A stretch of 20,000 bases of DNA from an uncultured virus (IMG/VR IMGVR_UViG_3300042988_001938) (Duplodnaviria > Heunggongvirae > Uroviricota > Caudoviricetes). The notes below the pieces were generated by a model. That model did not search any database. It saw only the letters and a list, made by a program, of their open reading frames with translations, and was not told where the DNA came from. Below are positions 1-8,019 of the stretch, one piece after another. The stretch lies in IMG/VR virus record IMGVR_UViG_3300042988_001938. One strand, written 5' to 3'. The translations under genes were made by a program, and so were the position numbers. Positions within the stretch are counted from its first letter, which is position 1; each line of letters opens with the position of its first letter.

Positions 1-1
1 A

Positions 2-238
2 ACCAGCGTTAACACTTATTACAAATGTGTATCTAAATCCAACTGCAGAAGATGGAGAAGGTAAATTGTAAGTTACGTTATTGCTAGGATTAGATGGGTT
101 TATGTTAATTATTGACTCATTAGGATAAGCGGTAGTAGTCATATTCCTAACAATAGCGCCATCATTATTGTTTTCAGAAAAAATAAGGCTCTTTGTAAAA
201 GCCTTATTATCTGTGTCATTAAAATTTAATCCACTCAT
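2..238 (-). CDS. Partial CDS (runs off window start); probable tail fibre/spike-associated protein
   Basis: Not in the ORF track. Hand translation from ATG at 238 is open to the edge: MSGLNFNDTDNKAFTKSLIFSENNNDGAIVRNMTTTAYPNESIININPSNPSNNVTYNLPSPSSAVGFRYTFVISVNAG. It starts 13 nt after the fibre gene stop, and TYNLP...GFRYTF resembles the fibre's C-terminal motif. Confidence 0.7.
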   Translation of the reverse strand, partial: MSGLNFNDTDNKAFTKSLIFSENNNDGAIVRNMTTTAYPNESIININPSNPSNNVTYNLPSPSSAVGFRYTFVISVNAG

Positions 239-251
239 ATTTTATTAGTTT

Positions 252-2102
252 TTACCAAGTAAATAAATTTGAACCGTCAGAGTAAAGCCTTGCAACACCA
301 AAATTTGCAGTTATAGTTACTCCAGTTGTTCCGTCAATTGTTTCAGCACCTTCAGTTTCAATTGTAATATTGCTTATTCCTGCATTTCCTCCCTGGTCTT
401 TTATTATAAAAATTCTTCCAATTACAACGTCAGAAGATGAAATTGTAATTGTGCCACCAGTTGTAGCAGAAAATCCGTGAATAACATGCCCTGATGTGAA
501 AAAGCTTGAACCTGATGTAAAAAGGCCAGTATCAAAAGATTTTTTAAGATTAAAATTTTCTGTATATAATGTATTTGATGTTGTAGCAGTTATATCTTGT
601 CCACCTGCAATAACTGAATTTATTGATGTTGATATAATAGCGTTTTTTGAACCCCCTATTATAGAGGAATAATTAGAATTTAACTCAATTATATTAAATT
701 TACCATTTCCGATAAATGAATAATTAGCGGAAGCCGAATTATTAGCACCATTTCCAATAAAAGAAAAGGAAGCTGAAGACAAATTGTTAGCACCGTTTAC
801 AACCGATGAATAAGTATTTGAAGATTTATTACCTTTTCCATTAATTACTGAAGTATGTATTGATGTTGCTGAATTTTGAAAACCTGTGGCAACAATTGAT
901 TTAGTTCCTGAAGCTAAATTTTGATTTCCATTCAAAATTAAAGAATACTCTCCTGATGAATAATTCGATACACCGCCAAGAACTATTGGAGACATTTTAG
1001 ATACAGCTTTATTGTTTTTACCATTACCAACTAAAGAAATAATACCATTTGATGTATTATTAAAACCACCAACAATAGATGAATACAAACTTATTGCATT
1101 ATTTTTATAACCTCCAAGAATTGAAGAATATATACCATTTGTTGAGTTTTTAAAACCTCCAATAATTGAGGAATATTTTAAAGATAATGTATTTTCTACA
1201 CCACCTCCAATAAATGAATAATTTCCATTTAATAGATTTGAGCGACCTGCAACAACTGAAGAGCCTCTTGTATTAGCTGAATTTGATAGACCTCCTCCAA
1301 CAAATGAATAATATCCACTTGATAGATTTGAGCGACCTGCAACAACTGAAGCAAATTGAGAAGATGCTCTATTAGACTGACCACCACCTATAAAAGAAGA
1401 GGTTCCGTTAGATTGATTTTGAGAGCCGCCTACTACTATAGAATAATTTGCTCCAGCCGTATTATTTGAACCACCGACAATAGATGAAGATAAATATTTA
1501 GATGTGTTATATTGACCACCCCCAACAAATGATTTATTTCCTAATGCGTTATTTGAATAGCCGCCAACTACAACTGAATAATTATTTGTTGCAACGTTAT
1601 ATAAACCATTTCCAACAAATGTAAATCTAGTTGAAGCTGTGTTTTTATATCCATTAGCGATGAAAGAATAATCTCCATTTGCAATACTCCCACTCCCTGC
1701 AGCAAAAGAATAACTACCACTAGCTAAGTTCCCAGTTCCGTTATTTGCAATAATAGAGTTATTTCCAGTTGAAGCTGTCCATAAATTTCCAGATGTGCCT
1801 CCAGCTCCAAAAATATCATAAAGATTTGTAGAACCAGAATAAAGTGTATCAGCAGATATAGAAGATACGTTTATATTGTCATTCATGGAGACAGAATAAA
1901 TAGGAGGAGTGCTAACTCCAGATAAAGATACCTGAATGTTATCATCACCATTAACCACAACCGTTTGGCCTGTGTTAGCAGAAGCGACCCAAGATACAAG
2001 GGCACATCCAACGGCATCAAAGTTATTATTCCAGATGTTTCTACCTTCGTCTGGGTTGTGATGCTGTTCTACTCTAGTTATACCTGTAAAGCAATAAGAC
2101 AT
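252..2102 (-). CDS. Tail fibre/adhesin-like protein with ~15-aa Gly/Asn/Ser repeats (beta-helix/beta-roll like)
   Basis: 616 aa with more than 20 tandem units of consensus GGxxNxAxxxYSxIx. The C-terminus TITISSSDVVIGRIFIIKDQGGNAG..NITI...GAETIDG...LYSDGSNLFTW resembles phage fibre tip modules. Confidence 0.75.
   Translation of the reverse strand: MSYCFTGITRVEQHHNPDEGRNIWNNNFDAVGCALVSWVASANTGQTVVVNGDDNIQVSLSGVSTPPIYSVSMNDNINVSSISADTLYSGSTNLYDIFGAGGTSGNLWTASTGNNSIIANNGTGNLASGSYSFAAGSGSIANGDYSFIANGYKNTASTRFTFVGNGLYNVATNNYSVVVGGYSNNALGNKSFVGGGQYNTSKYLSSSIVGGSNNTAGANYSIVVGGSQNQSNGTSSFIGGGQSNRASSQFASVVAGRSNLSSGYYSFVGGGLSNSANTRGSSVVAGRSNLLNGNYSFIGGGVENTLSLKYSSIIGGFKNSTNGIYSSILGGYKNNAISLYSSIVGGFNNTSNGIISLVGNGKNNKAVSKMSPIVLGGVSNYSSGEYSLILNGNQNLASGTKSIVATGFQNSATSIHTSVINGKGNKSSNTYSSVVNGANNLSSASFSFIGNGANNSASANYSFIGNGKFNIIELNSNYSSIIGGSKNAIISTSINSVIAGGQDITATTSNTLYTENFNLKKSFDTGLFTSGSSFFTSGHVIHGFSATTGGTITISSSDVVIGRIFIIKDQGGNAGISNITIETEGAETIDGTTGVTITANFGVARLYSDGSNLFTW
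1201..1351. repeat. Intragenic direct repeat with a 90-bp period
   Basis: ATAGATTTGAGCGACCTGCAACAACTGAAG is identical at 1232-1261 and 1322-1351. Segments 1201-1230 and 1291-1320 are also closely similar. Confidence 0.9.
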
Positions 2103-2105
2103 TGT

Positions 2106-2142
2106 TTGTGTTATTCATAGTTTCTCTTAATAAATAACACAA
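2106..2142 (-). promoter_or_regulatory. TATTTAT motif (2130-2136) embedded in an inverted repeat just upstream of the fibre start codon
   Basis: TTGTGTTATT (2106-2115) and AATAACACAA (2133-2142) form a perfect 10-bp inverted repeat, extendable to 13 bp with one U-G pair in minus-strand RNA. The ATG is at 2102. Confidence 0.6.
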
Positions 2143-2151
2143 GAAAACTTT

Positions 2152-2179
2152 AAGCACATCTGTTTGAGTGCTTTTTTTT
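2152..2179. terminator. Possible intrinsic terminator hairpin
   Basis: AAGCAC...GTGCTT stem immediately after the stop of the 2178 gene. The long T run is on the + strand and the minus-strand U tract is weak. Confidence 0.4.
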
Positions 2180-2927
2180 AAATATTATTTGACCTAAAAT
2201 CTAAATTTAGAAACTTGAGGACCTCCTTGTTTTCTAGCTCCTTAAAGTCGCTTGCATAGAGAGCGTACTCACTATACATTCTAAGGTATTTATCCACTGG
2301 AGGCTTATTACTCTTTCCAAATTTCTGCGTTGTTGTTCTGCTGTTAACATCAACCTCTATTGTTACGTGCGGAAGGTTGTTCTTATCTCTGATAGACAGG
2401 ATTATTGATTGCCTGTTCTTTACCTTGGACTTATAGTTTTTTCCGCCTACACAGTGGCCCATTATCTTGCCCTCATGTGTCAAATCATCCTCGCTTAATA
2501 GGTACAGGAAGTGTTCTTTATCACTGAATCTAAATATCACTCTCTTTGGGTCTATTTCTGGAATATTTATCCTTTCGATTTGGTACTTCCTCATCATCTC
2601 ATCATGCCAATCTTTCTGGGCCTCATATGCGCTTGAAAAGTTGTATTGAAATATGTCAGCATTTGTTTCTGTAGCCCAATCTACAATAAGCCTTATCTCA
2701 AAGGCTTTATTCAGAATATCAGCATCTTTCTTCACTTCCTTTGAAATCCAGACATCATACTTATGCTTCCTTTTCTCAGCCTTATCCTTATTCTGAGTTA
2801 CGTTTCCACCAATATATCCAATAGAATCTCCTATGGCAGATATTTTCTGCACCATAGAAATAGCCTCTCCCTCTTCCAGGTGAGAAAAAAAGGTATTCTT
2901 TATGTATTCTTCTCTATTCGTTAGCAT
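2178..2927 (-). CDS. PcfJ-like domain protein
   Basis: DLTHEGKIMGHCVGG-Y...IILSIRD...PHVTIEV...QKFGKSN matches the PcfJ signature. ATG at 2927 preferred over TTG at 2945. Confidence 0.75.
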   Translation of the reverse strand: MLTNREEYIKNTFFSHLEEGEAISMVQKISAIGDSIGYIGGNVTQNKDKAEKRKHKYDVWISKEVKKDADILNKAFEIRLIVDWATETNADIFQYNFSSAYEAQKDWHDEMMRKYQIERINIPEIDPKRVIFRFSDKEHFLYLLSEDDLTHEGKIMGHCVGGKNYKSKVKNRQSIILSIRDKNNLPHVTIEVDVNSRTTTQKFGKSNKPPVDKYLRMYSEYALYASDFKELENKEVLKFLNLDFRSNNI

Positions 2928-3192
2928 TTCTGGCCTCTCCAACAATTAATTTAAGAACAACATCTTCATCAAGTTCCTCCACCTCAAATCTACCAGAATA
3001 TTCCTTAGAATCATTTAATCTAAGCCCATTTATCTTATGGCTTTTTTTGAAGGTGAATTCATTGGTTTCGTCATTTAGGTCAAAATCTACAATAGTGTAA
3101 CACTTCATAAGCACCCTTAGTTTGTGCTGAATAGTGGAGAGCTTTCTTTTCTTAAAAACCCTCTTATTGATGACAAAATCCTTGCTGACCAT
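2914..3192 (-). CDS. Hypothetical protein (92 aa)
   Basis: ORF tightly packed between its neighbours (3-nt gap upstream, short overlap downstream). Confidence 0.7.
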   Translation of the reverse strand: MVSKDFVINKRVFKKRKLSTIQHKLRVLMKCYTIVDFDLNDETNEFTFKKSHKINGLRLNDSKEYSGRFEVEELDEDVVLKLIVGEARNANE

Positions 3193-3195
3193 GGA

Positions 3196-3771
3196 TTACT
3201 TTGTTTTTTTCTTTTTCTTTTTTATTCCAAGGGCATTGATTTTCTTTTGAACGCTGCTTTCATTTCTATTTAAGTGAGTTGCGCAATACTTTCTTCCCTT
3301 CGTTGGATAGTGCTTTTTGAGGAATTGAATATCTTCTTCTGTCCACTCACCCTTAATGAACCCAGCTTCAACATACTGCTCAACCTGGCCGTTAACCACC
3401 TCAAGCCTATCAAGGTCTCCAGTGATTATCATTTCAGGAACATCAACAACGATAGTATTTTCTGTTGTGTGGAAGTGGTCCATTGGTTCATCATTGTTTG
3501 AGTCACTTGTTGAATCGAAGGTTGTTGTTACAACATCTTCAGATGATTCAACGACTTCATCGCTTATTAGCGAAAAAGATACAGATTCCATCAATTGAGC
3601 TGGTTCCATTGTTATAAATCCTCTTTGTCTAAATACTCTTATTGTTTTTGTATCATAAGTGTCCACAATAATAGCGTCTCCAGCTGGAATAGTCACCTGC
3701 TTCTCAACGCCATTAATCATGGCAAATAGAGTAATTGCATCACTGTGTACATTTTTAATTTCACTCTTCAT
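3196..3771 (-). CDS. Protein with an acidic linker and a C-terminal Myb/SANT-like HTH domain
   Basis: GEWTEEDIQFLKKHYPTKGRKYCATHLNRNESSVQKKINALGI followed by a poly-Lys tail. Confidence 0.7.
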   Translation of the reverse strand: MKSEIKNVHSDAITLFAMINGVEKQVTIPAGDAIIVDTYDTKTIRVFRQRGFITMEPAQLMESVSFSLISDEVVESSEDVVTTTFDSTSDSNNDEPMDHFHTTENTIVVDVPEMIITGDLDRLEVVNGQVEQYVEAGFIKGEWTEEDIQFLKKHYPTKGRKYCATHLNRNESSVQKKINALGIKKKKKKTK

Positions 3772-3798
3772 GTCTTATATTAATTTTTTCCGTTTTTA

Positions 3799-3830
3799 GA
3801 AATTTAAACAACAGGGGTAAAAAAATCAAA
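3799..3830 (-). promoter_or_regulatory. Bacteroidota-type housekeeping promoter (class I)
   Basis: Minus strand reads TTTG-N20-TAAATTTC, one mismatch to the TAnnTTTG -7 element, 27 nt upstream of ATG 3771. Confidence 0.55.
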
Positions 3831-3841
3831 TTAAATGAAAT

Positions 3842-3865
3842 AAAAAATCCACCATTAGGTGGATT
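3842..3865 (-). terminator. Rho-independent terminator
   Basis: AATCCACC-ATTA-GGTGGATT perfect 8-bp stem with a U tract on the minus strand, 25 nt after the stop at 3891. Confidence 0.8.
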
Positions 3866-3890
3866 CTTTGATATTTATTTTAAAAGTTTG

Positions 3891-5789
3891 TTAGTTAACT
3901 TTAAAGTTTGGGTTTCTAACTAATCTTCCAAGTTCAGAATCAAAGTAGTAAGCTGTATTTGGAATTTCTTTAGATGGTCTTGGTTCAACACTCTCATTGA
4001 TTGTAGAAACTTCTTCCTCAATTGTGTATTCCTCAACTTCTTGAGACTTATAGTTAGGGTTGTTTACCAAGTTTCCTGTGTTAAGGTCAAGGATAAACGC
4101 CTTGCTTTCATTAAGGTAATCATCTTCAAATACTTTGAACTCAGCTCCAGAAAGAGAACCTGGTTTAGCAACAGCCATAACCACTCTTCCATTTACTTCA
4201 TCACCAGCATTAACTGACTGATTTCTCTTCATGAATTCTGCCTTGTTTTCTTCTTCACCCTGTTCTCTTGAAACCATTTTTTCTCTGGTACCGTCTTCAA
4301 TTGGACAACCGCAAGATTCAGCAAGCTTAACTGTAGAGTTTTTCTCAAAGTTAGAAAGAGATGCCCATCTATTCTTTTCCTCGTCAGAGTTTCTCTTGTG
4401 AGTTATGATATACCTCTTATTAACTCCCTTCTCTTCATTTTCAGAGATGGTGAAAAATTTCTTCTTGTTAAGGTCAAGACCTTCTGAGAGACCCTTAGCT
4501 TCCTTACCTTTCATTGCAGCTCTTCCTTTTGGAGAACCCTTAGAAAGTCTGTCTTCCTCTGCAGAATTAACATCAACTCCATGCAATCCAAGTGGATGGT
4601 TTTTATCCATTCCCTTAGGAGCATATCCATCAGCATCAAGTTCAACAGTTGTCCAACCATTTACATTTTCTCTCTTAAGAGACCTTTTCTTGTCTCTTTG
4701 AGCGTAAGGTGTTTGAGCAAACTTATCTTCAGTTTCGCTTACTTTCTTTGTTGGCTTATTAGGTTTTTTCATTTCTTTATCGAAATCACCACCCTTAGCG
4801 AATGCACCAGGAGTTAAGTAAGCGCCCGCACCAGCTCCGCCAGCACTCATTGTAACCTCATCAAGATTCTTCTCTTTTTCTGACTCCCAGTCATTATTTA
4901 TTGTCTTCCACTCAGATGGCTTAAGTTCCTTAGGATTTGAAGCACCGAAGTGTTTCATCTTCTTCTCGAAGTAATCTCTGTAGTCTTTTCCGTGCTTTTC
5001 TTCAGCCTCTTCAAGGTCATCAAACAAAAGATTTCCAGGAGAATTTGCGTCCTTAACTTCTGGGTGATTAAGTTCTACATCTCCCTTTTCCTTCTTCTTT
5101 GTAGATTCCATGATTTTGTTGATTGTCTCATCAAAATCTCCACTAAGAATGTCTTTTAAGCTTAATTTGTTCATGTTATTTTCAACCATTGAGTTTATAC
5201 TTTTTTCTACTCTATCTTCAATACCTAATTTTGTTTTTATCATGTAGTTAGCCTCTCTAACTGCATAATCATCAAACTTCTTCTTTAGTTCTTTCTTAAA
5301 GGTGTCCATTTGGTCTACCTTCATGCTGCATACATCATCAATCATGAAAGGGCCTTTCTTGTCATGATGACCTCTGAAGAATGAATCTTCAGTTGTCTTA
5401 TAGGTGATGTCCATAGTTTTTGACTCGACATCCACATCAACGTGAATCTCGATAACCATTCTCTTACCACCGAAGCTGATAATTTTCTCAAAAAATCCGT
5501 TTGTTGCCTTCGGCCCCTTAACTCTGTTAACCTTAACATTGCACTGACCCTTTGCAGCACCCGTTCCATAGGTTGAACCGTCACCATAAACACCTCTATT
5601 CCAGCCTTGTTGGCCGCTTGAATCTTCTACACTACGAGTCTCAACCCCCTCGGACTTGAATGCTTTATCTGTAGAATCAATTAACTGCTCCTCAATCGCA
5701 TCATAGACCTTAGACTTAAGTTCTTGATTTGTTGCGAATTCAGAACGCTGCTTGTCATTCTTTTCTGGATTATTTTCTATATTGGCCAT
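3891..5789 (-). CDS. Large hydrophilic hypothetical protein, possibly a virion internal protein
   Basis: 632 aa, K/E-rich, with SAGGAGAGAYLTPGAFAK, a duplicated C-terminal motif and several (L/I)xE sites. Flanked by a TATTTAT motif and a terminator. Confidence 0.75.
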   Translation of the reverse strand: MANIENNPEKNDKQRSEFATNQELKSKVYDAIEEQLIDSTDKAFKSEGVETRSVEDSSGQQGWNRGVYGDGSTYGTGAAKGQCNVKVNRVKGPKATNGFFEKIISFGGKRMVIEIHVDVDVESKTMDITYKTTEDSFFRGHHDKKGPFMIDDVCSMKVDQMDTFKKELKKKFDDYAVREANYMIKTKLGIEDRVEKSINSMVENNMNKLSLKDILSGDFDETINKIMESTKKKEKGDVELNHPEVKDANSPGNLLFDDLEEAEEKHGKDYRDYFEKKMKHFGASNPKELKPSEWKTINNDWESEKEKNLDEVTMSAGGAGAGAYLTPGAFAKGGDFDKEMKKPNKPTKKVSETEDKFAQTPYAQRDKKRSLKRENVNGWTTVELDADGYAPKGMDKNHPLGLHGVDVNSAEEDRLSKGSPKGRAAMKGKEAKGLSEGLDLNKKKFFTISENEEKGVNKRYIITHKRNSDEEKNRWASLSNFEKNSTVKLAESCGCPIEDGTREKMVSREQGEEENKAEFMKRNQSVNAGDEVNGRVVMAVAKPGSLSGAEFKVFEDDYLNESKAFILDLNTGNLVNNPNYKSQEVEEYTIEEEVSTINESVEPRPSKEIPNTAYYFDSELGRLVRNPNFKVN

Positions 5790-5805
5790 TGAAAATATAT
5801 TTTTC

Positions 5806-5814
5806 TATAAATAG
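5806..5814 (-). promoter_or_regulatory. TATTTAT putative late promoter (class III)
   Basis: Minus strand reads CTATTTATAGAAAAA, with the core 17 nt before ATG 5789 and downstream of a terminator. Confidence 0.6.
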
Positions 5815-5835
5815 CTAAAAAAACTGAATTACAAT

Positions 5836-5865
5836 AAAAAAGCCCGCTAATTACAGCGAGCTTTT
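5836..5865 (-). terminator. Rho-independent terminator
   Basis: Minus strand reads AAAAGCTCGCT-GTAATT-AGCGGGCTTTTTT, after the stop at 5891. Confidence 0.75.
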
Positions 5866-5890
5866 CTAAGTTTGGTAGTTTAGGGTGCTT

Positions 5891-6193
5891 TTACTTAATC
5901 AAACCTTTCAATTTCCAGACTTCCCAAGTTTCACTATCTACAGTGTGTCTAAATCCAGGATTATCGAGATACATAGAACCCTTGTACATATATCCAACAA
6001 ATCTCCTCTTCGTAACCCTCTTTTTCTTGAAGGATATTTTACCAGTTATGTCAACATTATCTAAGGATAATTCATTATCTTCAACTTCATATGAGTGCAT
6101 CTTGAACATCTTTTCAGCAAGTAACCAAAATTTATAGTTCCAGATAGCATTAAGTATATAAAATCTCAAACTTGAATGTTTCCAAATTTTCAT
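5891..6193 (-). CDS. Hypothetical basic protein (100 aa)
   Basis: ATGA overlap with the upstream gene; last gene before a terminator. Confidence 0.7.
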   Translation of the reverse strand: MKIWKHSSLRFYILNAIWNYKFWLLAEKMFKMHSYEVEDNELSLDNVDITGKISFKKKRVTKRRFVGYMYKGSMYLDNPGFRHTVDSETWEVWKLKGLIK

Positions 6194-6420
6194 GACAAAG
6201 TTATGTTGGAAAATATAAAATACAAGAGGAATACAAAAAGAGATACCATTCCCGTCATCATAAAGAACATAGTTAAATTAAATCTAATTCTTCTCCAGAT
6301 TGACAGTTCATCATAACCCTCTTGCTTTCTTGTTGTTTGGAAATCATTCCAGACACTCCAAACCGCAAACACATCTGCAATAGATAGTATGGCCAATATG
6401 ACTTTTAAAAGTATTATCAT
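6190..6420 (-). CDS. Small membrane protein with two predicted TM helices (76 aa)
   Basis: Hydrophobic stretches IILLKVILAILSIADVFAVWSVW and FNLTMFFMMTGMVSLFVFLLYFIF. Start moved to ATG 6420, which overlaps the upstream TGA. Confidence 0.7.
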   Translation of the reverse strand: MIILLKVILAILSIADVFAVWSVWNDFQTTRKQEGYDELSIWRRIRFNLTMFFMMTGMVSLFVFLLYFIFSNITLS

Positions 6421-6677
6421 TTCTCTTCGTTGTTTTCTTCTTGAGATTCTGGCTTTGGTGGCATCATTGACTCCGCTAATTGTAACATGAAGAATTCGCA
6501 CTCTTGCATTTTTGCGTGTATATCAGATAGCTTACCAAGCTCAAACTCTATTTTATCCATTAAGTCAACTTCGTTGCTGGCATTTGATAGTAGTGCATTT
6601 ATATTATGCATAATACCAGCCTGCTTTGACTTAAGGGAAAGCATTACCTGTGATAATATTTCAAGCTTATTGGACAT
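6417..6677 (-). CDS. Hypothetical helical/coiled-coil protein (86 aa)
   Basis: Heptad-like Leu/Ile/Met pattern. ATG 6677 (MSNKLEIL) preferred because it reduces overlap with the upstream gene to 11 nt. Confidence 0.65.
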   Translation of the reverse strand: MSNKLEILSQVMLSLKSKQAGIMHNINALLSNASNEVDLMDKIEFELGKLSDIHAKMQECEFFMLQLAESMMPPKPESQEENNEEK

Positions 6678-7122
6678 TTGTTCTTGAAATCTCAACGTCA
6701 AGGTCTTCATAGAAGACTTCGATTACTGGAGAAATTCCTACGTTTGTTGTCTCATATGTGAACATAGCGTCACTCAAGTACTCATCAAGGATTTCACCAG
6801 CATTTTTAACAGACTCAGCTTCTACCATATAGTTCTGCTTAACTTTTGTAATCTTGTCACCATCCTCGTGTGCAATGCTGATTTTACACAAGTACCACTG
6901 GCCGCCTTCATCGTTTCTTACGATTTCAGTTACTTCTGTCACTGCCATGGCATGAACAAGGAATTCACCATCTGCAGTCTTACCAATCTCTTTGTTGATT
7001 CTTGCTTCTGCATCAGTAAAAGAAACTGCTGGAAGTAGAAATGCTTCGTTAACTTTCTTAGACTCTTCTCCTTCAGTGCCTTTTTTGTTGTACTTAACCT
7101 TTACGGTATACCATCTATTCAT
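6667..7122 (-). CDS. DUF4494-like protein
   Basis: WYTVKVKY...KKVNEAFLLPAVSFTDAEARI plus a second similar half (WYLCKI...KVKQNYMVEAESVKNA) match the Bacteroidota DUF4494 pattern as I recall it. Confidence 0.8.
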   Translation of the reverse strand: MNRWYTVKVKYNKKGTEGEESKKVNEAFLLPAVSFTDAEARINKEIGKTADGEFLVHAMAVTEVTEIVRNDEGGQWYLCKISIAHEDGDKITKVKQNYMVEAESVKNAGEILDEYLSDAMFTYETTNVGISPVIEVFYEDLDVEISRTNVQ

Positions 7123-7144
7123 AATGTCTATTTTTAGTTTACCA

Positions 7145-7175
7145 CAAATTTATAACTTTACAAATTAAAATGCAA
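7145..7175 (-). promoter_or_regulatory. Bacteroidota-type housekeeping promoter (class I)
   Basis: Minus strand reads TTG-N20-TAAATTTG, a perfect TAnnTTTG, 22 nt upstream of ATG 7122. Confidence 0.7.
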
Positions 7176-7178
7176 TAG

Positions 7179-8012
7179 TTATCTGTGGATTCTGCTATTT
7201 GTTGTAGACATTATTTTGGTATTGAAGATTCCCATCCCCTTATTTGTACCAGCTCCGCCAGCTTTTCTGAGATTCTTCTTAGTATTTAGATTATCTTGAT
7301 TTAGTGAGCCCATCTCCTGGTTTACCCAGTCCCTTCCAGAATCACCTCCACGAAGTTCCCATGATTGTATAATTCCTGAGTTTTCAATAGTCTTTCCAGC
7401 TGCCTTTTCTTTTCTGTGCTGCTCCTCATGAGTATCAAAGAAAGACTTCATCTTTCTCATCATATCAAAACTTTGAGTTTGTTTTGATGCTAGTTCTTTG
7501 GCTTTATTAAGTCCAGAGCCAATATCGGTACCAGATTGAGTGAGATTATTTCTTGAGACCACATTTATTGCAGCTTGCGATTTCTGTGCAACATTTGGTG
7601 GTGGAGTAAAAGTCTTGTTATTATCAAAGTTAAATGCTTCACTCAGCACACTTCTGACTATGCTCCTAATCTCTTGTATGAATTCCTCTTTCATTTTTGG
7701 GTATCTAATCATAGTGTCAGAGTGCTCGTAAGATTTGTGCACACCCTGGTTTAACTTAAATCCAAATTTTTTATAAAACTGTACCAGCTTATTTTTGTTT
7801 CCACCAAAATCCGATGATGGAGTTAGGGTGATTACTTTTGTTGTATTGTCTGCGTAGTTCACAAGGTCGTTCATTATCTTGGTTCCAATTCCTTGATTTC
7901 TGAACTCAGGATTAATTATAATTCTAGGAACTTTGATGCTACTGTTATTTTCGTGTACATCAAGCCCCAATAAATATTCTTCATACTTATCTCGTAAATA
8001 ACCCTCAATCAT
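7179..8012 (-). CDS. GNAT-family acetyltransferase fused to a C-terminal phage head-associated-like domain
   Basis: Acetyl-CoA motif A INPEFRNQGIGTKIM and LVQFYKKFGF. C-terminal half reads PPPNVAQ...AKELA...MRKMKSFFDTH...SWELRGGDSGRDWV. Confidence 0.75.
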   Translation of the reverse strand: MIEGYLRDKYEEYLLGLDVHENNSSIKVPRIIINPEFRNQGIGTKIMNDLVNYADNTTKVITLTPSSDFGGNKNKLVQFYKKFGFKLNQGVHKSYEHSDTMIRYPKMKEEFIQEIRSIVRSVLSEAFNFDNNKTFTPPPNVAQKSQAAINVVSRNNLTQSGTDIGSGLNKAKELASKQTQSFDMMRKMKSFFDTHEEQHRKEKAAGKTIENSGIIQSWELRGGDSGRDWVNQEMGSLNQDNLNTKKNLRKAGGAGTNKGMGIFNTKIMSTTNSRIHR

Positions 8013-8019
8013 CTTATCC

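Noticed and set aside
600..1750. Periodic DNA pattern that might suggest a CRISPR array or DGR repeat
   Set aside because: It is the 45-bp coding periodicity of the protein repeat. There are no constant repeats with unique spacers, no adenine-specific variant pair, and no reverse transcriptase in the window.
2914..6193. Weak similarity between the 92-aa and 100-aa proteins (Y-x-x-x-D...FKK)
   Set aside because: Too few identities to distinguish from chance without a profile comparison.
6190..6420. Calling the 2-TM protein a holin
   Set aside because: It is far from the endolysin, sits in an early-type operon, and has no recognisable holin family motif.
3872..7976. Extra TATTTAT matches at 3872-3878 (+) and 7970-7976 (-)
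   Set aside because: One faces antisense into a gene end and the other is inside a CDS. Such matches are expected by chance in AT-rich DNA.
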